From Lama glama (taxonomy: Eukaryota): a stretch of 64,000 nucleotides of DNA. The notes beneath the pieces are model-generated. The model was given only the letters and a program-made list of their open reading frames with translations, searched no databases and was not told the origin of the DNA. The stretch covers positions 372,001-436,000 of the forward strand of contig CM052844.1 of assembly GCA_028534125.1 (NCBI GenBank), given 5' to 3'. Numbering within the stretch: the stretch's first letter is position 1; each line of letters opens with the position of its first letter. The position numbers were made by a program, and so were the translations under genes. Below are positions 26,230 through 37,200 of this stretch, piece after piece.

Positions 26230-27519
26230 AAAGAAACGGAATTTATATTATAAACCTTCCCGCAGAGGCAACTGCAGGCCCGACGAACCCCGCCGTGCCA
26301 GTTCCAACAAGCTGTTCCAGGCCGTTCACTCTATGACCAGCGTCACCAACACTCCAGCCAGACCGAGGTGTCCGCAGAAGGAAGCGGCTGCCCGTCCCCT
26401 CACTCTGCACCGCATGGGGCTGAAGGGCTGCCCCGCTTCCAGCTGTCAGATGCAAACAAGGTGACCAGGAAGGGCATGGACTTCCCCGGCCAGCCTCTCA
26501 GCCCTGACCATCTTCCGCAACCTCTGCCTCTTTGGTTTCTGAAGGGAGAGGAGGTTGAGTGATCGGGGAGGATGGGGGAGAGTGGGAGGCTGTAAAGGGA
26601 GGCGGAGGATTTGGGGCGACGCTCCCAGTAGGATTCGGGCCTGCCCAGACACCGGGGAGCGAGGTGCAGTTTCCTACAAGGAAGACTCGTGTGTTCACCC
26701 CGTCTGCACACGCCCCTATTCGCAGGTTGAAACTGCACCACAAGAGGAGCTGCAGAAAGCCACCGTTTGAAGCCAGACTACTAACAGTAACACCCCACTA
26801 ATGAAGGAGCGCTTTAATTCAACCCTCTTCTCCACTTGACACTAAGCACGGTCATCGTTCACCTGGCTGGAACAGGGCTCCAGGCCAGAGCGAGGGGCGC
26901 TGCGGCGCGGACCCTCTGCGGCTCAGAGCTCCTTTTCAGAAAAGAGGAGTGGCCGCCGCAGACGGAAGCGCCCTGGTCACCCAGCTCAGCCCCGCCTGGG
27001 CCCCACCTTGGTCCCAGAGCGCTGGAAGCTCGGCAGCTGCTGGAAGCTGGTGCCAGTGGTCTGCAGCTGTGTTTGCACACGGGCCGCGAGGCGGAGTCCC
27101 CAGCCAGCAGGGAGGCGGTGGGAGACGCCCGCGGCAGCTCTGCACCTCAGGAACCTCGCTTCTGACGGCACCGGAGGTCTCGCAAGGCTCCCTCCACTGC
27201 TGTCGTAACTGTGTGTGCGGCGCAAAACACACACGTGTGGTCTGGGGCTCGGCTGGCACCACTTGAGTGACTCAGACTCACAGGCCGAGGCCCCGGGGTC
27301 CTGGCAGGAGCCCAGGGCAGCTCGATTCTACCCCAGGGGCTGGGGGCGGGCGAGGGCGAGGCTGCTTCCCGCTGTGGTGTGAATGACCACTTCGTCATCC
27401 TCGGCTAACTTAATATCTCTGGCGTAAACAAGTACAGATATGACGCGCTCACGTATGCGAGTCCAGATTAGATTAGTGATGCAGGGCTGTCTTAGGGATG
27501 GATAATCTAAAAACCGGGC

Positions 27520-28035
27520 AAAGCGCACAGTTACGGTATTACGCAGGAATTCCACCCGTAGGCACGTATCCCCAAGACCTGGAAACAGGGACGGGAACCA
27601 AACTTATGCACAAATATTCGGAGCAGCTTCCTACACAGAAGCCAGCAGGCGCCCAGACTGCCGAGCAGACAAACGGAGTGCGGTCCGACCACACGGCGGA
27701 CGGTGTTTGGCCACAGGGAAGAGGGATGGTCTATGACGTAGATGCCTCTTGAAATCACTGTGCCCAGTGAGGGGCCACAGTGCACAATTCATTTACGTGG
27801 GTCCAGAGCACACAGATCCAGGGACACGGACTCACTGGTGGTCCGGGGGCGGGGGAGGGGACGGAGGGCTGCTCGTGGGCACAGGGCTTCCTTCTGGGCG
27901 ATGAAAGCAGCGTGTGACGAGGCAGAGGTGGTGGCTGTGAAGGCGACCCCGTGAATGCGCTGAGTGCCTGGGGACTGTGCACTTGAACGTGGTTCATTCC
28001 CTCGCACGTGAATTTTACCTTAACTTAAAACAAAC
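27520..28035 (+). mobile_element. Ancient L1 (L1MB-like) 3' end, GC-shifted
   Basis: aattccacccgtaggcacgtatccccaagacctggaaacaggg ... ctgtgcacttgaacgtggtt...gtgaattttaccttaacttaaaa. Confidence 0.7.
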
Positions 28036-29467
28036 GGAGCCAAGACCTCCCTCCCATCTGTTTTCTCAGCTTCAACCCCCTCCCGTCGTCCCTCCTTCAG
28101 TCTCTCCCCCCAAACACGGCAGTTCAGTGCAGCTGACTTCCTGCGACCGGAGCGTGTTTCTGAGGAAGTGTGTAACTAGGCGGCACAGAGACGCCTCCTC
28201 GCGACGTGGTTGGCTGGGGTCCTGCACCGGGGTGTCGTGGGGTTGGCAGAGCAGCTGGTCACAGGGGTCCCTCCCTGAAGCCAGAGTGGGGCCCACACAC
28301 CCCGAGTGCTGTGGAAAGTCACCCAGCCCGCTGGGGACCCGACCACTCAGATCTGGACACACCCTTCAGGCGTGTGCTTAGCCTGCCCTTGGTCACGAGG
28401 TGAAATCTGCTGTCAGTCAGGTTTTTCCCACACCGCCCGGCTTCACACCGGGGAAGGGCTGGAACCACGGGCACCGGCAGGGGTAGGAGTGAGTCACGAC
28501 GGGCCCCCCATGGCCGCCCAGCTCGGCCAGTGTAGACGGCTCTGGGCTGTGTGTCCCCTGAGGCCCCTGAGGACGCCTTGGGTGGGGGTCGAGGGCGGTC
28601 AGCGGCCCTCGGCTCCCCAGGAGGATGTGGTCTCAGTTCGGGTCTGCACACCTGAGGGCAAAACACTTACCTGTTTGCTAGAAATAAGCTGGTGTTTTCC
28701 TTAATTCTCATAACCAGCATAAAGGGGACAAAAACTCATGCTGACGGCCAGCGAGCCCCGTCTTCTCCACAGCCACTGCCAGACCCCCCGTCTCCCCGGT
28801 TCCCGAAGCTCCGTGGCCTGTGTGGGGCTTCCTGCCAACACGTCAGCACAGAAACCGGTGGAAGGATGCTTGCTACTTGCGTCGAAGAGATTTTTCTAGT
28901 ATTTTAGCTCCATCTGTAAACCTAACCAGACACAGGAGTCCTTGCATATTAAAGTCCAGAAAGCAAACCAGTGCCCCCACAGATCAGACAGTAGTGACTG
29001 GAGAAGCTCCAGCCGTGACGCTGGGCTTCTGAGCACCCCGGTAACGTTCTCCCACCCAGGCTGGAAGGAGGTGGGGGGCTGGGGGGTGGGGGGTTGGGTG
29101 GAGCCGGGAGGCCTCGCAGGCCCGCCTCCTGGGAGCGCGGTGGCGGACGGGCTGCGTGGAGTGTGGGAGGCCTGCCCAGCAGGAACCTGCGGCAGCGGCA
29201 CAAGCTCCACGTGCCGGGCAGACGGTTTTGAGGGGCTGCTGGGAGCGCCCGGGGCCCCGGCGACCGCCATCCCGCCAGGGCCGGTCTTCCAGCGTTCGAG
29301 GAAGACAGCGGCTGCCCTGGCAAGGCGACAGCCTCACGACGGAAAGCCTCTTACAGGCGGCGGAGGTGCAGGACCCAAAGCAGGAAACACGCTGGGGAAC
29401 AAAGAGGAACTCCGCACACACGGACTGAATCAGCCTCAGACCACGACCGTCCAGCAGAACACAGCGC

Positions 29468-29473
29468 TTTATT
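29468..29473 (-). terminator. Polyadenylation signal AATAAA (distal NFATC1 poly(A) site)
   Basis: Plus-strand tttatt. On the minus strand it is followed by GU/U-rich sequence (GTGTTCTG...GTGTGTG...TCTTTGTT). Confidence 0.75.
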
Positions 29474-29853
29474 GGGTCTACTCTCTAGCTACAGAGACAG
29501 CCGGCACAGAGGCAGACACGTCCTCTCCCGAGGCAGTCTACCCAGAAGTGTTCCGTGCAGGTCTCACGCGGCCACACGCAGGGTGGGCCGGGGTCGCGGG
29601 CGGCAGGGGCAGGACTCTGTTACAGACAAGAAGCCACAGATCTTCAGTGATTCACAGTCCTGTGTAAACGTTACAGGCAAGGCTTTCAGATGTTTGTGTC
29701 TTTCTGTGGCTTCAAACAAAGCGAGACGTCACCGTGCAGAAGAACGCCGCGAGAGTGGTTCTTCCTGTGGGCGAGCGCCCATCTTGGGCTGGATGCGTCC
29801 CGGCCGCCCCCTGGGTGCGATTCAGCTGCGTCCCACGAGGGGGCGTGAGTTCC

Positions 29854-29861
29854 TAAGGCAC
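29854..29861 (-). promoter_or_regulatory. Second miR-124-3p 8mer seed site in the 3'UTR
   Basis: Plus-strand taaggcac. Confidence 0.6.
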
Positions 29862-30836
29862 AGTTGTTAGCTGAACCGTTTTAACTAAACCATGCTTTTT
29901 GGTTACGTGAAACAACGGGTCTCTGCTGGCGATAATGTGTGATAAGCTGTTAATTGGACAAAACGCAGAGTAAAGCTTACGCTAACCTACCTGTTAAGAG
30001 CAACTAAGCTGGAAACACACCACAGTCGCCGCATATTCAAACGCTGTTTTTGGTAACTGTTTTCTTACATGAAGCAGTTATAAGGCTTCTGTGAAATAAT
30101 CATCTTACAGCTGAACAAATATATTACACTCCTTCTGTAATGTTATTTACAGTTACTTTCCAATTTTGCCATTTGGTAACAGACGATGTTGTGAACACAG
30201 GTCTCCGGGCTTCTAAAGTGCTCGGTCACCTGCTCGAGGAGATAAAATGCAGACCTGTCGGGCGTGACGCCCCGCGGAAATGGCTGGGAAGCCAGGTGTG
30301 CAGCCCTGGTGCATCTTCCAGGCGGGACACTGGCTACTGCTGACACGGATGTCCGTGCCGGGCGCCGCCTGAGCGTCACCACCTCTGCTGCTGCTCACAC
30401 ACAAACATTCACCTAAGCATGTGCGCACGTGCAGGTGCCAGCTCTGTCCTGGGACAGGTCTCTTTTTCTGCCCAGCAACCTATCTTGTGCTATTCCACTC
30501 CTGGGTGCTATGTTCAAAGGCAGATTAAACACAAAGACCTAGCATGCTGCAACGAACAGCCCTACGGTTTGAGTAACACGGAGGGGACGATGTCCTGAAA
30601 GCACTGAGATGACACACTGGAAGAGCTCTGAGACGCACTGAACACGTCCAGCCCAGGAAAGCCGAAAAAAGTAGGAGACGAGTGTTGGGTTTTCCCACAG
30701 TGCCCAGCCCTCTCAGCGTACACAGGGACAAAGCCTGGTGACGAGGCGTCTTTACAGGCTCGCTCCTACACACGCCCTCCTGGTAGCAAGTTCAGCGCTC
30801 AGCCCTATGATGCCCTGATGCTGTGGTCTGGGTGAA

Positions 30837-30844
30837 TAAGGCAC
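30837..30844 (-). promoter_or_regulatory. miR-124-3p 8mer seed site (GTGCCTTA) in the 3'UTR
   Basis: Plus-strand taaggcac equals miR-124 nt 1-8. Confidence 0.6.
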
Positions 30845-31152
30845 TTCCAGTATGAGCTCCAGGGGTGCCCGAAGGGTATGGCTTGGGGTCGGCCGCCAGG
30901 TCGCGGGGAGCCGCCCGTGGTCTGTCTCCTGCACTCCCCCCCCCCCACTTTCACTTCCTCCTTGAGATGACTTTCCTTCAGAAGGTGGAGTGGTCGTTCC
31001 TTCCTCCCTCGAGCTCCTTCTTTGTACAAATGCTAAAACCTTCAAGAAGGTGGGAGTTCTGAGTGGCACCAGGTGTGAGCTCAGTCTGTTTACGCAGAAG
31101 TTGTCACTGTCAAGGCGACATCACGCGGCTTCTCAGAGTCCGACGTCGCCAC

Positions 31153-31202
31153 CTAGGAGTGGATGTTCGTGCTGGAGAGGTCGTTTCGTATTATTTCATT
31201 TA
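31153..31202 (-). CDS. NFATC1: NFATC1 terminal exon, coding part: (V)NEIIRNDLSSTNIHS*
   Basis: Minus strand reads TCTTTGTTTTCTTGCAG|TA AAT GAA ATA ATA CGA AAC GAC CTC TCC AGC ACG AAC ATC CAC TCC TAG. This completes the NFAT LDDVNEIIR motif. It is too short to appear in the ORF track. Confidence 0.97.
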
Positions 31203-34200
31203 CTGCAAGAAAACAAAGACAGAGAAAGCCTTAGAGAAACCACACTCTGCGTAGATGCTAACGTAAATCACCAGAAATTCCATCAGTCAGTCACGTTCAG
31301 CCTGTGGAGAAGTGACCCCCAGAGGACCCAGCAGTCCTTCAGCTTCCCACCTGGGCCCCCGAAGTGTCCTGAGCCGGCAGGACGCAGCTGCCCCGGACCT
31401 GGTGACGCAGAGACACTGCTCTGGCCAGAGACACAGTCAGGCGCCGACCGGCCTGGAGCTTCGATGCCAAAGCGGTGCTGATCCAGGAGCCAGGAGCGTC
31501 TTCTCCAGGTTCCACAGGTTTGCAAAAGCAGCAGGCGCCCCCGCCCCCCGCAGTGGAAGCCCAGGCTCGTGACCACCCTCTCCCTGGCCCTGCTGTCAGA
31601 GGACGGAGAGGAGGGCCGACTCCCCCCCAGCTTGGGGCTCTTCCTTCACTTCTGTTCCCGTGTCCGGGTCGGTACCGGCATGTGATTTTTGGCAGCCGGG
31701 GAGGAAATGAGCGAAGCTGGCAGAGGCCGTCAGGAGTGGACTGCACAACATCCCGCCTCCACCCCACCTGATCGGGCAAATGTCGCCGGGGAGGCTGTCA
31801 CCGCCGCTCACCCTCCCAGCAGAACCCCGAGGTGGGGATGCACTCACGTCACGGAACTGCCGGGCTTCCCTCCGCGCAGATAAAGCCCGGGTGTTTCTGT
31901 AGAGGCCCCGGCCCTCCAGGGCGGCTTCCTGGACAATCAGTGGCAGTGCGTCCCACCCCCAAATTCCCTTTCAACACCCCCCAGCTGTTTTCAAGAATAA
32001 CAATAACAAAGTGCAGCGAGGAATGGGGGACTTGTGTCATGGGAACTGATAACTGGCTGGCTGGCTCAGGTCACAGCCAGGCCCCGCACGCGGAGCCCAG
32101 ACCCCCACCCTTCCCGTGGGGCTGCTGGCACGGTCCCAGGGGACAGTGCCACTGGCCACCCGCCGCGGGGAGGGGTGCCAGCGTGACCAGCCCTCTCAGC
32201 GCAAACCCAGGAGCCCTGAGGTGGGCATGAGGACACAGTGGGCCGACAGACCCCGCACGTCCTCCCAGGGGCCTTGGCTTCACGCGGGAAGGCCCAGAGG
32301 GCCAGCTTTGCGGCCGGTGTGTCCTGGCTGCGGAGGAGGCCGCGTGTCCCGAGGCCACGGCCGGTTCTCTGCACGCTCGTCAAGGCGTCAGCCACGCTCT
32401 CCCTCGTCCTGTTCACACCGAGTGCAGAGGGGAACCAGAGACCGCGGCTCCCTCCGCTTCCTCCATCTCACTTGTTTTTGAAGAGACGCGGGTCCCAGGT
32501 TCGCTGTGCAGGATGCGGCCATGAAAGCACATCCTGATGAAGGACAGGCACAAGGCCCGAGCCTCTTCGGGGTTTTGTCTGTGTGGGGAAAAGGCGCACC
32601 TGCAGGCAGGACGTCTCTGAACCAGGCAGAGTGAGGGGAACAAACCAGAAAGGCACGGAGCGTATGTGCCGAGCGCCCCCAAGACAAGGCGATGACGCCG
32701 GCACCCCGGAGGGCATCACAGTTTATTCATGCAGCACCAGACGCTTCACAGATCGCTCTCACGGCCACCCTCGCATTCCATCCTAAAACAACCCTAGGCG
32801 GGCCCAGCGGGTCCTCCTAACCAGTTTTCAGGTTAAATAAAAGGTCTGGGGCCGCACGCGGTCAGTGTCCCTCCCACAGGGCGCTGGGTGCTGCTGGGAG
32901 GGTGGAGATGGGGCCGGGAGGCTGCCTCGATCCGGGGTAGGGGGAGATTTCCTGGATGGGGTCCCACCTGAAGGAGAGGTCCCTCTTTCAGTCATACCGT
33001 GCCCCACACCGCGCGTCTGGGCTGGCCTCAGCCCATTTTCAGAACAACATAAGTCCCAGACCCAAAGTCTGATTCTGGAGAGTCAGCAATGGGCAGTTGC
33101 AGAATGTCTGAGGGGCGCCCGAGGGTCATAACACAGGGGACTGGGAGGGGGGCCTGAGGGTCATAAGGCAGTAAGCAAGGGAGCTGTGAGCCGCTTGTTA
33201 CTCAGGGTCGAACAGACCACAGGAAGAAGAACTTCTGTTTGATGAGAGAAAAGCAGAAGCAGCAGTGGCTGTGGGCTTCCCCTCGCGGCCCACGGGGGCA
33301 CCTGGGCCCTGGAGGGGGCGCCCGCGCTGGTGCGCGTGGGGCAATCGCTCAGCCTGGTGGGAGCCGTCCAGGCGCAGACAGGAGGCCGTGACACGGCTCC
33401 TCCGTGGGTGGTGCCCGGCCCGGCATCTGTCCCGTCGGGGGCCGTCAGGATCCCCTGGGGAGCGAGACCCCCTGGCCCATCACTGAGGGCTGGTGGTCTC
33501 TGCCGAGGACGGGCCCTGCCTCCCTGATAACCTGGGGCTGGAGGTGCTGGGCCCTCCAGTCCCACGTGGTCCGAGCCAGGAAATCTCCCCCTACCCCACG
33601 TCAGGTTGGGGCCTCTGTTTCATGCATCTTAGGAACACACTCAAGAATCACCACACATGCACAAATGTCCTGGATCTCCCCCGAGTGCCCCAGGGGACTG
33701 AGCAGGGCAGGCAGAGTGGACAGAGAGTGCAGGCGGGGGAGGCCCCACCCCCCCACCCACACAGCCGAGGGTGGGCGCCCAGGGCTGCCCTCTTCTGCAC
33801 AGACACAGTCTGGCAGGAGCCCTGGGGGACGGACGCCATGCCGATTCCCACTCGGATGGGTGAGGAAAGGAGACATCTGGGGAGGGCTGACCAGGGTCAG
33901 GTGGTCCCTGCGGGCGGCTGAGAACGAGAGCACAGGGTCCCGAGGCCCCGCTCCCCTCCAGGCCACGACTTCCTATCTCCCCTCCGTGAGGTCACGGTTT
34001 CGGGTCCGTATCAGGCCCCGTTGCCCCCGGGCTCCGTGCGGTTACTTCGGGGGTGGCTCCTCTCTGATATGGTTGTGCCGACACCACCTACGGTTTCCCA
34101 CAGTGTCTTTTCTCCGCTGATAATTTCCACCTCCTTATTCAGCTTTTCCACCGACACAGAGGTTTTTCTCTGCAGGAGTATTTTGAACTGCAGGTAACAT

Positions 34201-37200
34201 GTGACCCCCCGGGATCGTCAGAGACCTGAAAGAGGAACCTTCGCTTTGCTGAGCGTCAGACGTCCCCACAACAGGATGTGGGGAGCTGTTACACCACAAT
34301 TTAACTTAACAAGAAGGGTTTTTCCCTTATATTTAATTTTTCTCTAAAACGCTCCTAAGGTGGAAACTTGTTTTTTCCCTAAAACTCATGTGGCAGTTAG
34401 AATTGCTGTTTCAATCTGGGATCTGTGCCCCCCCCCACAGATCCACCTCTACATTTATATCTGGAATTGAGCGAAAGGAAGCACTCTGTAAAGCACAGGA
34501 GCTAACACGTACAGGTGTAGGCACAGTTCCCGCCTGTGCTCGCGTCATGTCGGAGCGCAGGGCCAGCGTCCTTCCGGACACCACGTAAAGACCCTGCGCT
34601 GCTCACAGGCGAGCCGGCACCAACCAGCAAGGCGAAGCGCTGTTTAAGTAAAGCGCTGTTTCACACGTGACTTTCTTCGTCGCCCAGCGCTCGGGGAAAG
34701 CCGACCTCAGAGCCTCGTGCTGCGGGAGACGCCCCAGCTCACGCCTCAGGCTCCACGCGGGGCCGTGTGGCCGTGCTGAGGACAGGGCAGGCCTGAAAGG
34801 AGCGGTGGGCGTCTGCATAGGTTTAAGGTGCTCCCCCCTTCGCGGGCCAGCCTTTAAGCCACGGTCCTCCCGTGTCTGAATTCTTGGCTTCCAGACGCAA
34901 CTAAGGATCTCAAATCAAATTTTAAGGACTGAAGGAACTGACGTGCCCACCTCTCACACGGCCTCACGGCTCCTTGCACGTGTTATTCTCATGTGAGGAA
35001 GTACCACAGGCGGCCTGACCATGGACCCTGTGGACGGACAGACCACGGGACTCAGCCAGTGCCCCGGGGCAGCCGGCGAGGAGGCCGGGCCGGGGCCGGG
35101 TGACCTGCGGGGCCGGCCCTGCCACCTGCACGCCCCCGGCCCTGCAGACCGCTCCCTGCGCCGACCTGCAGGGCGGGCAGCAACAGTTCTTCCTTGATGC
35201 TTACTAGGAAAGTCAGGAAAGGCCGGCGCCAAGGGGGATGGACGCAAGGGTCCACCCTCACCATCCTGGTCTGCATGGCCACACAGGACACGGGGTCCCT
35301 GTGGCAGGGGAGGCTGAGGAAGCCACGCCTCTCCTTTACTGTGTACAGCAAACCACCCCCCAACACACATACAAACACGGCATTCTGTTTGAGTTAAAAA
35401 CAAAACAAAACCAAAACTTTTCCTATACCAGCTTTAATGTGCTTTAGGAAAAAAAATTTAAAGGGAGGAGATGATGCAGGCGAGCAAAGAGCCCACAGTC
35501 TGCACCGTCACTGTTTCTACCGCGCGGGGAGGACGGCGCGCTGCCAGCCCCAGCACGGCCTCGGCTCCAACACGCGGGACACGAGTCCAGAGCCCACAGG
35601 GCGGTGCCCACCCTGGAGGGGCCTCCGGCTGCTGTCCCAGGAACGTCGCCCTGAAGCCCCAGGAGTAGGGCCTGCTGATCTGCCCTGTTCCCCACAGGAA
35701 GTCCACGGAGGCTTTGAGCGTCTGCTCCAGGCCTGACAGACCTGGAGAGTTCTTACTCAGTGTGACCTCCGTGTGGCAGCTGCCCACACGCCCCACCCAC
35801 CCTGCCCGGAGGCGGCGTCTCCTGCCAGTGTCACGGCCTTATCAGTCCCAGGACCTTATCACCAGCTGCCCCGCTTCCTACTCTAGGTGAAGGTGATAGT
35901 GTGGCTTCTGTGTCTGACTTTAAATAGGGCCTTTGGACGCAGTGATAATAGAGTCACTTTAAGCTGCGTGAGGAAAGAATGACTATGAAGGAAAACCCAG
36001 GGTCCTGACATCGCCCGTCCCCGAGGCCCCAGGAAGTACAGGACGATAGGGGTCGGAGCTGAAATATGAACCTGGGGGAAAGCGCCCCTGAGGGATGACA
36101 GCCACAGAACACAGCCAGGTGGAGCTTGCTTTCCAGGGCAGCGCCGGTCGGCAAGGCCACCTCTGGGCTGCGAGCAGTCTTGGCGCCGAGCGTCCTACGA
36201 GCCTCCCTCTGTCTCAGACTGAACCCCACCATGTCCACGCCGCACCACTCAAACCACCGCTCAGACGTGTGAGAAACCTCCCTTTAGGACGCCTGATGCA
36301 GGGTCCTCGCCCCGAACACGCCGTCTGGAGGAGGAGCCGCTGGACCAAGTGCCAACAGAGGCAGCTGGGTCGTCCTCGCGGCGACGCCCCATGCCCTCTG
36401 GGCTGCGGGTCTCACTCGGGAGGACTGACTCAGGTCCCGTCCTGCGGTGGCCAGGACTCCCAGGCACCTGTAACGCAGACAAACTCCTCCCGCGCAGCTG
36501 CGTGTGCTGGGGAGACGAGGCGCGGACCTCAGCTCCTGCCCAGCCCTCTGGGAGGGGGAGGGGCGACTACTCTCACTTTGGACCGGACCAGAGAGGGCAG
36601 GAGACGTGCATCCTCACACAGCAGGCGAACGGAAGCCTGCGCCAGAGCCCCCTCCCTGCCCCGGCGACCCTGCTGGCCTCTCCACCTCCTCCTGCTAGCG
36701 TCCTCCGAGCTGGCGTGCGGTCCCGCATCTGCAGAGGGGCGAGGAGAGCTCTGGCACTTTCCGGCGGACTTTCAGCCTCCCGTGGGCGCGGAAGTCACCC
36801 CGGCCCGCAGTGAAGGCAACTCTGGGCTCCCTCACAAAGCACAAACGGGACGCGGGACAGGGCCGCCTCAGCTCTTTCAGTTTCCGTCTTTCCGACAACG
36901 TGGGCATCCCTGTGTCATCAGAACCAGATCAGAACCAGGACCTGTGCAGGCTTCTCAAGCTGATGCACACACATCAGCTGCGTCTGTCCGCTTCTGTCTC
37001 AGAGAATCGACAACGTTGCTGATCTCTCGCGGGTGATGGTCGGACAAACAATGGGGGAAGCGGGACGGTGTGGCAGGCTCTGCCCCCGTTCCCGGTCGGG
37101 ACCCCATCAGAGCCGTGGGGCCTGCGAGCCGGCTGGGGAGGAAGGGCCAGGAGGGGCAGGAGTGAGAACTGTCCGGGTGGTCCTCACAGACACCATCCCC

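Larger units (their letters stand above)
20630..26350 (+). mobile_element. Ancient L1 (5' region, ORF1 and the start of ORF2) carrying a nested L1 and two SINEs
   Basis: The ORF1 landmark atggctgaaattttccacatttgctgaaaaccataaacccacagatcca (MAENFPNL-like) is at about 21552. ORF1-like sequence breaks at about 22050 and resumes at about 24420. ORF2 endonuclease and linker remnants lie at 25000-26300. Confidence 0.8.
29445..31152 (-). other. NFATC1: NFATC1 3'UTR (~1.7 kb; exact cleavage site approximate)
   Basis: Runs from the stop codon to the first AATAAA I found on the minus strand. It includes AT-richer blocks at about 29870-30200 and miRNA seed matches. Confidence 0.75.
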
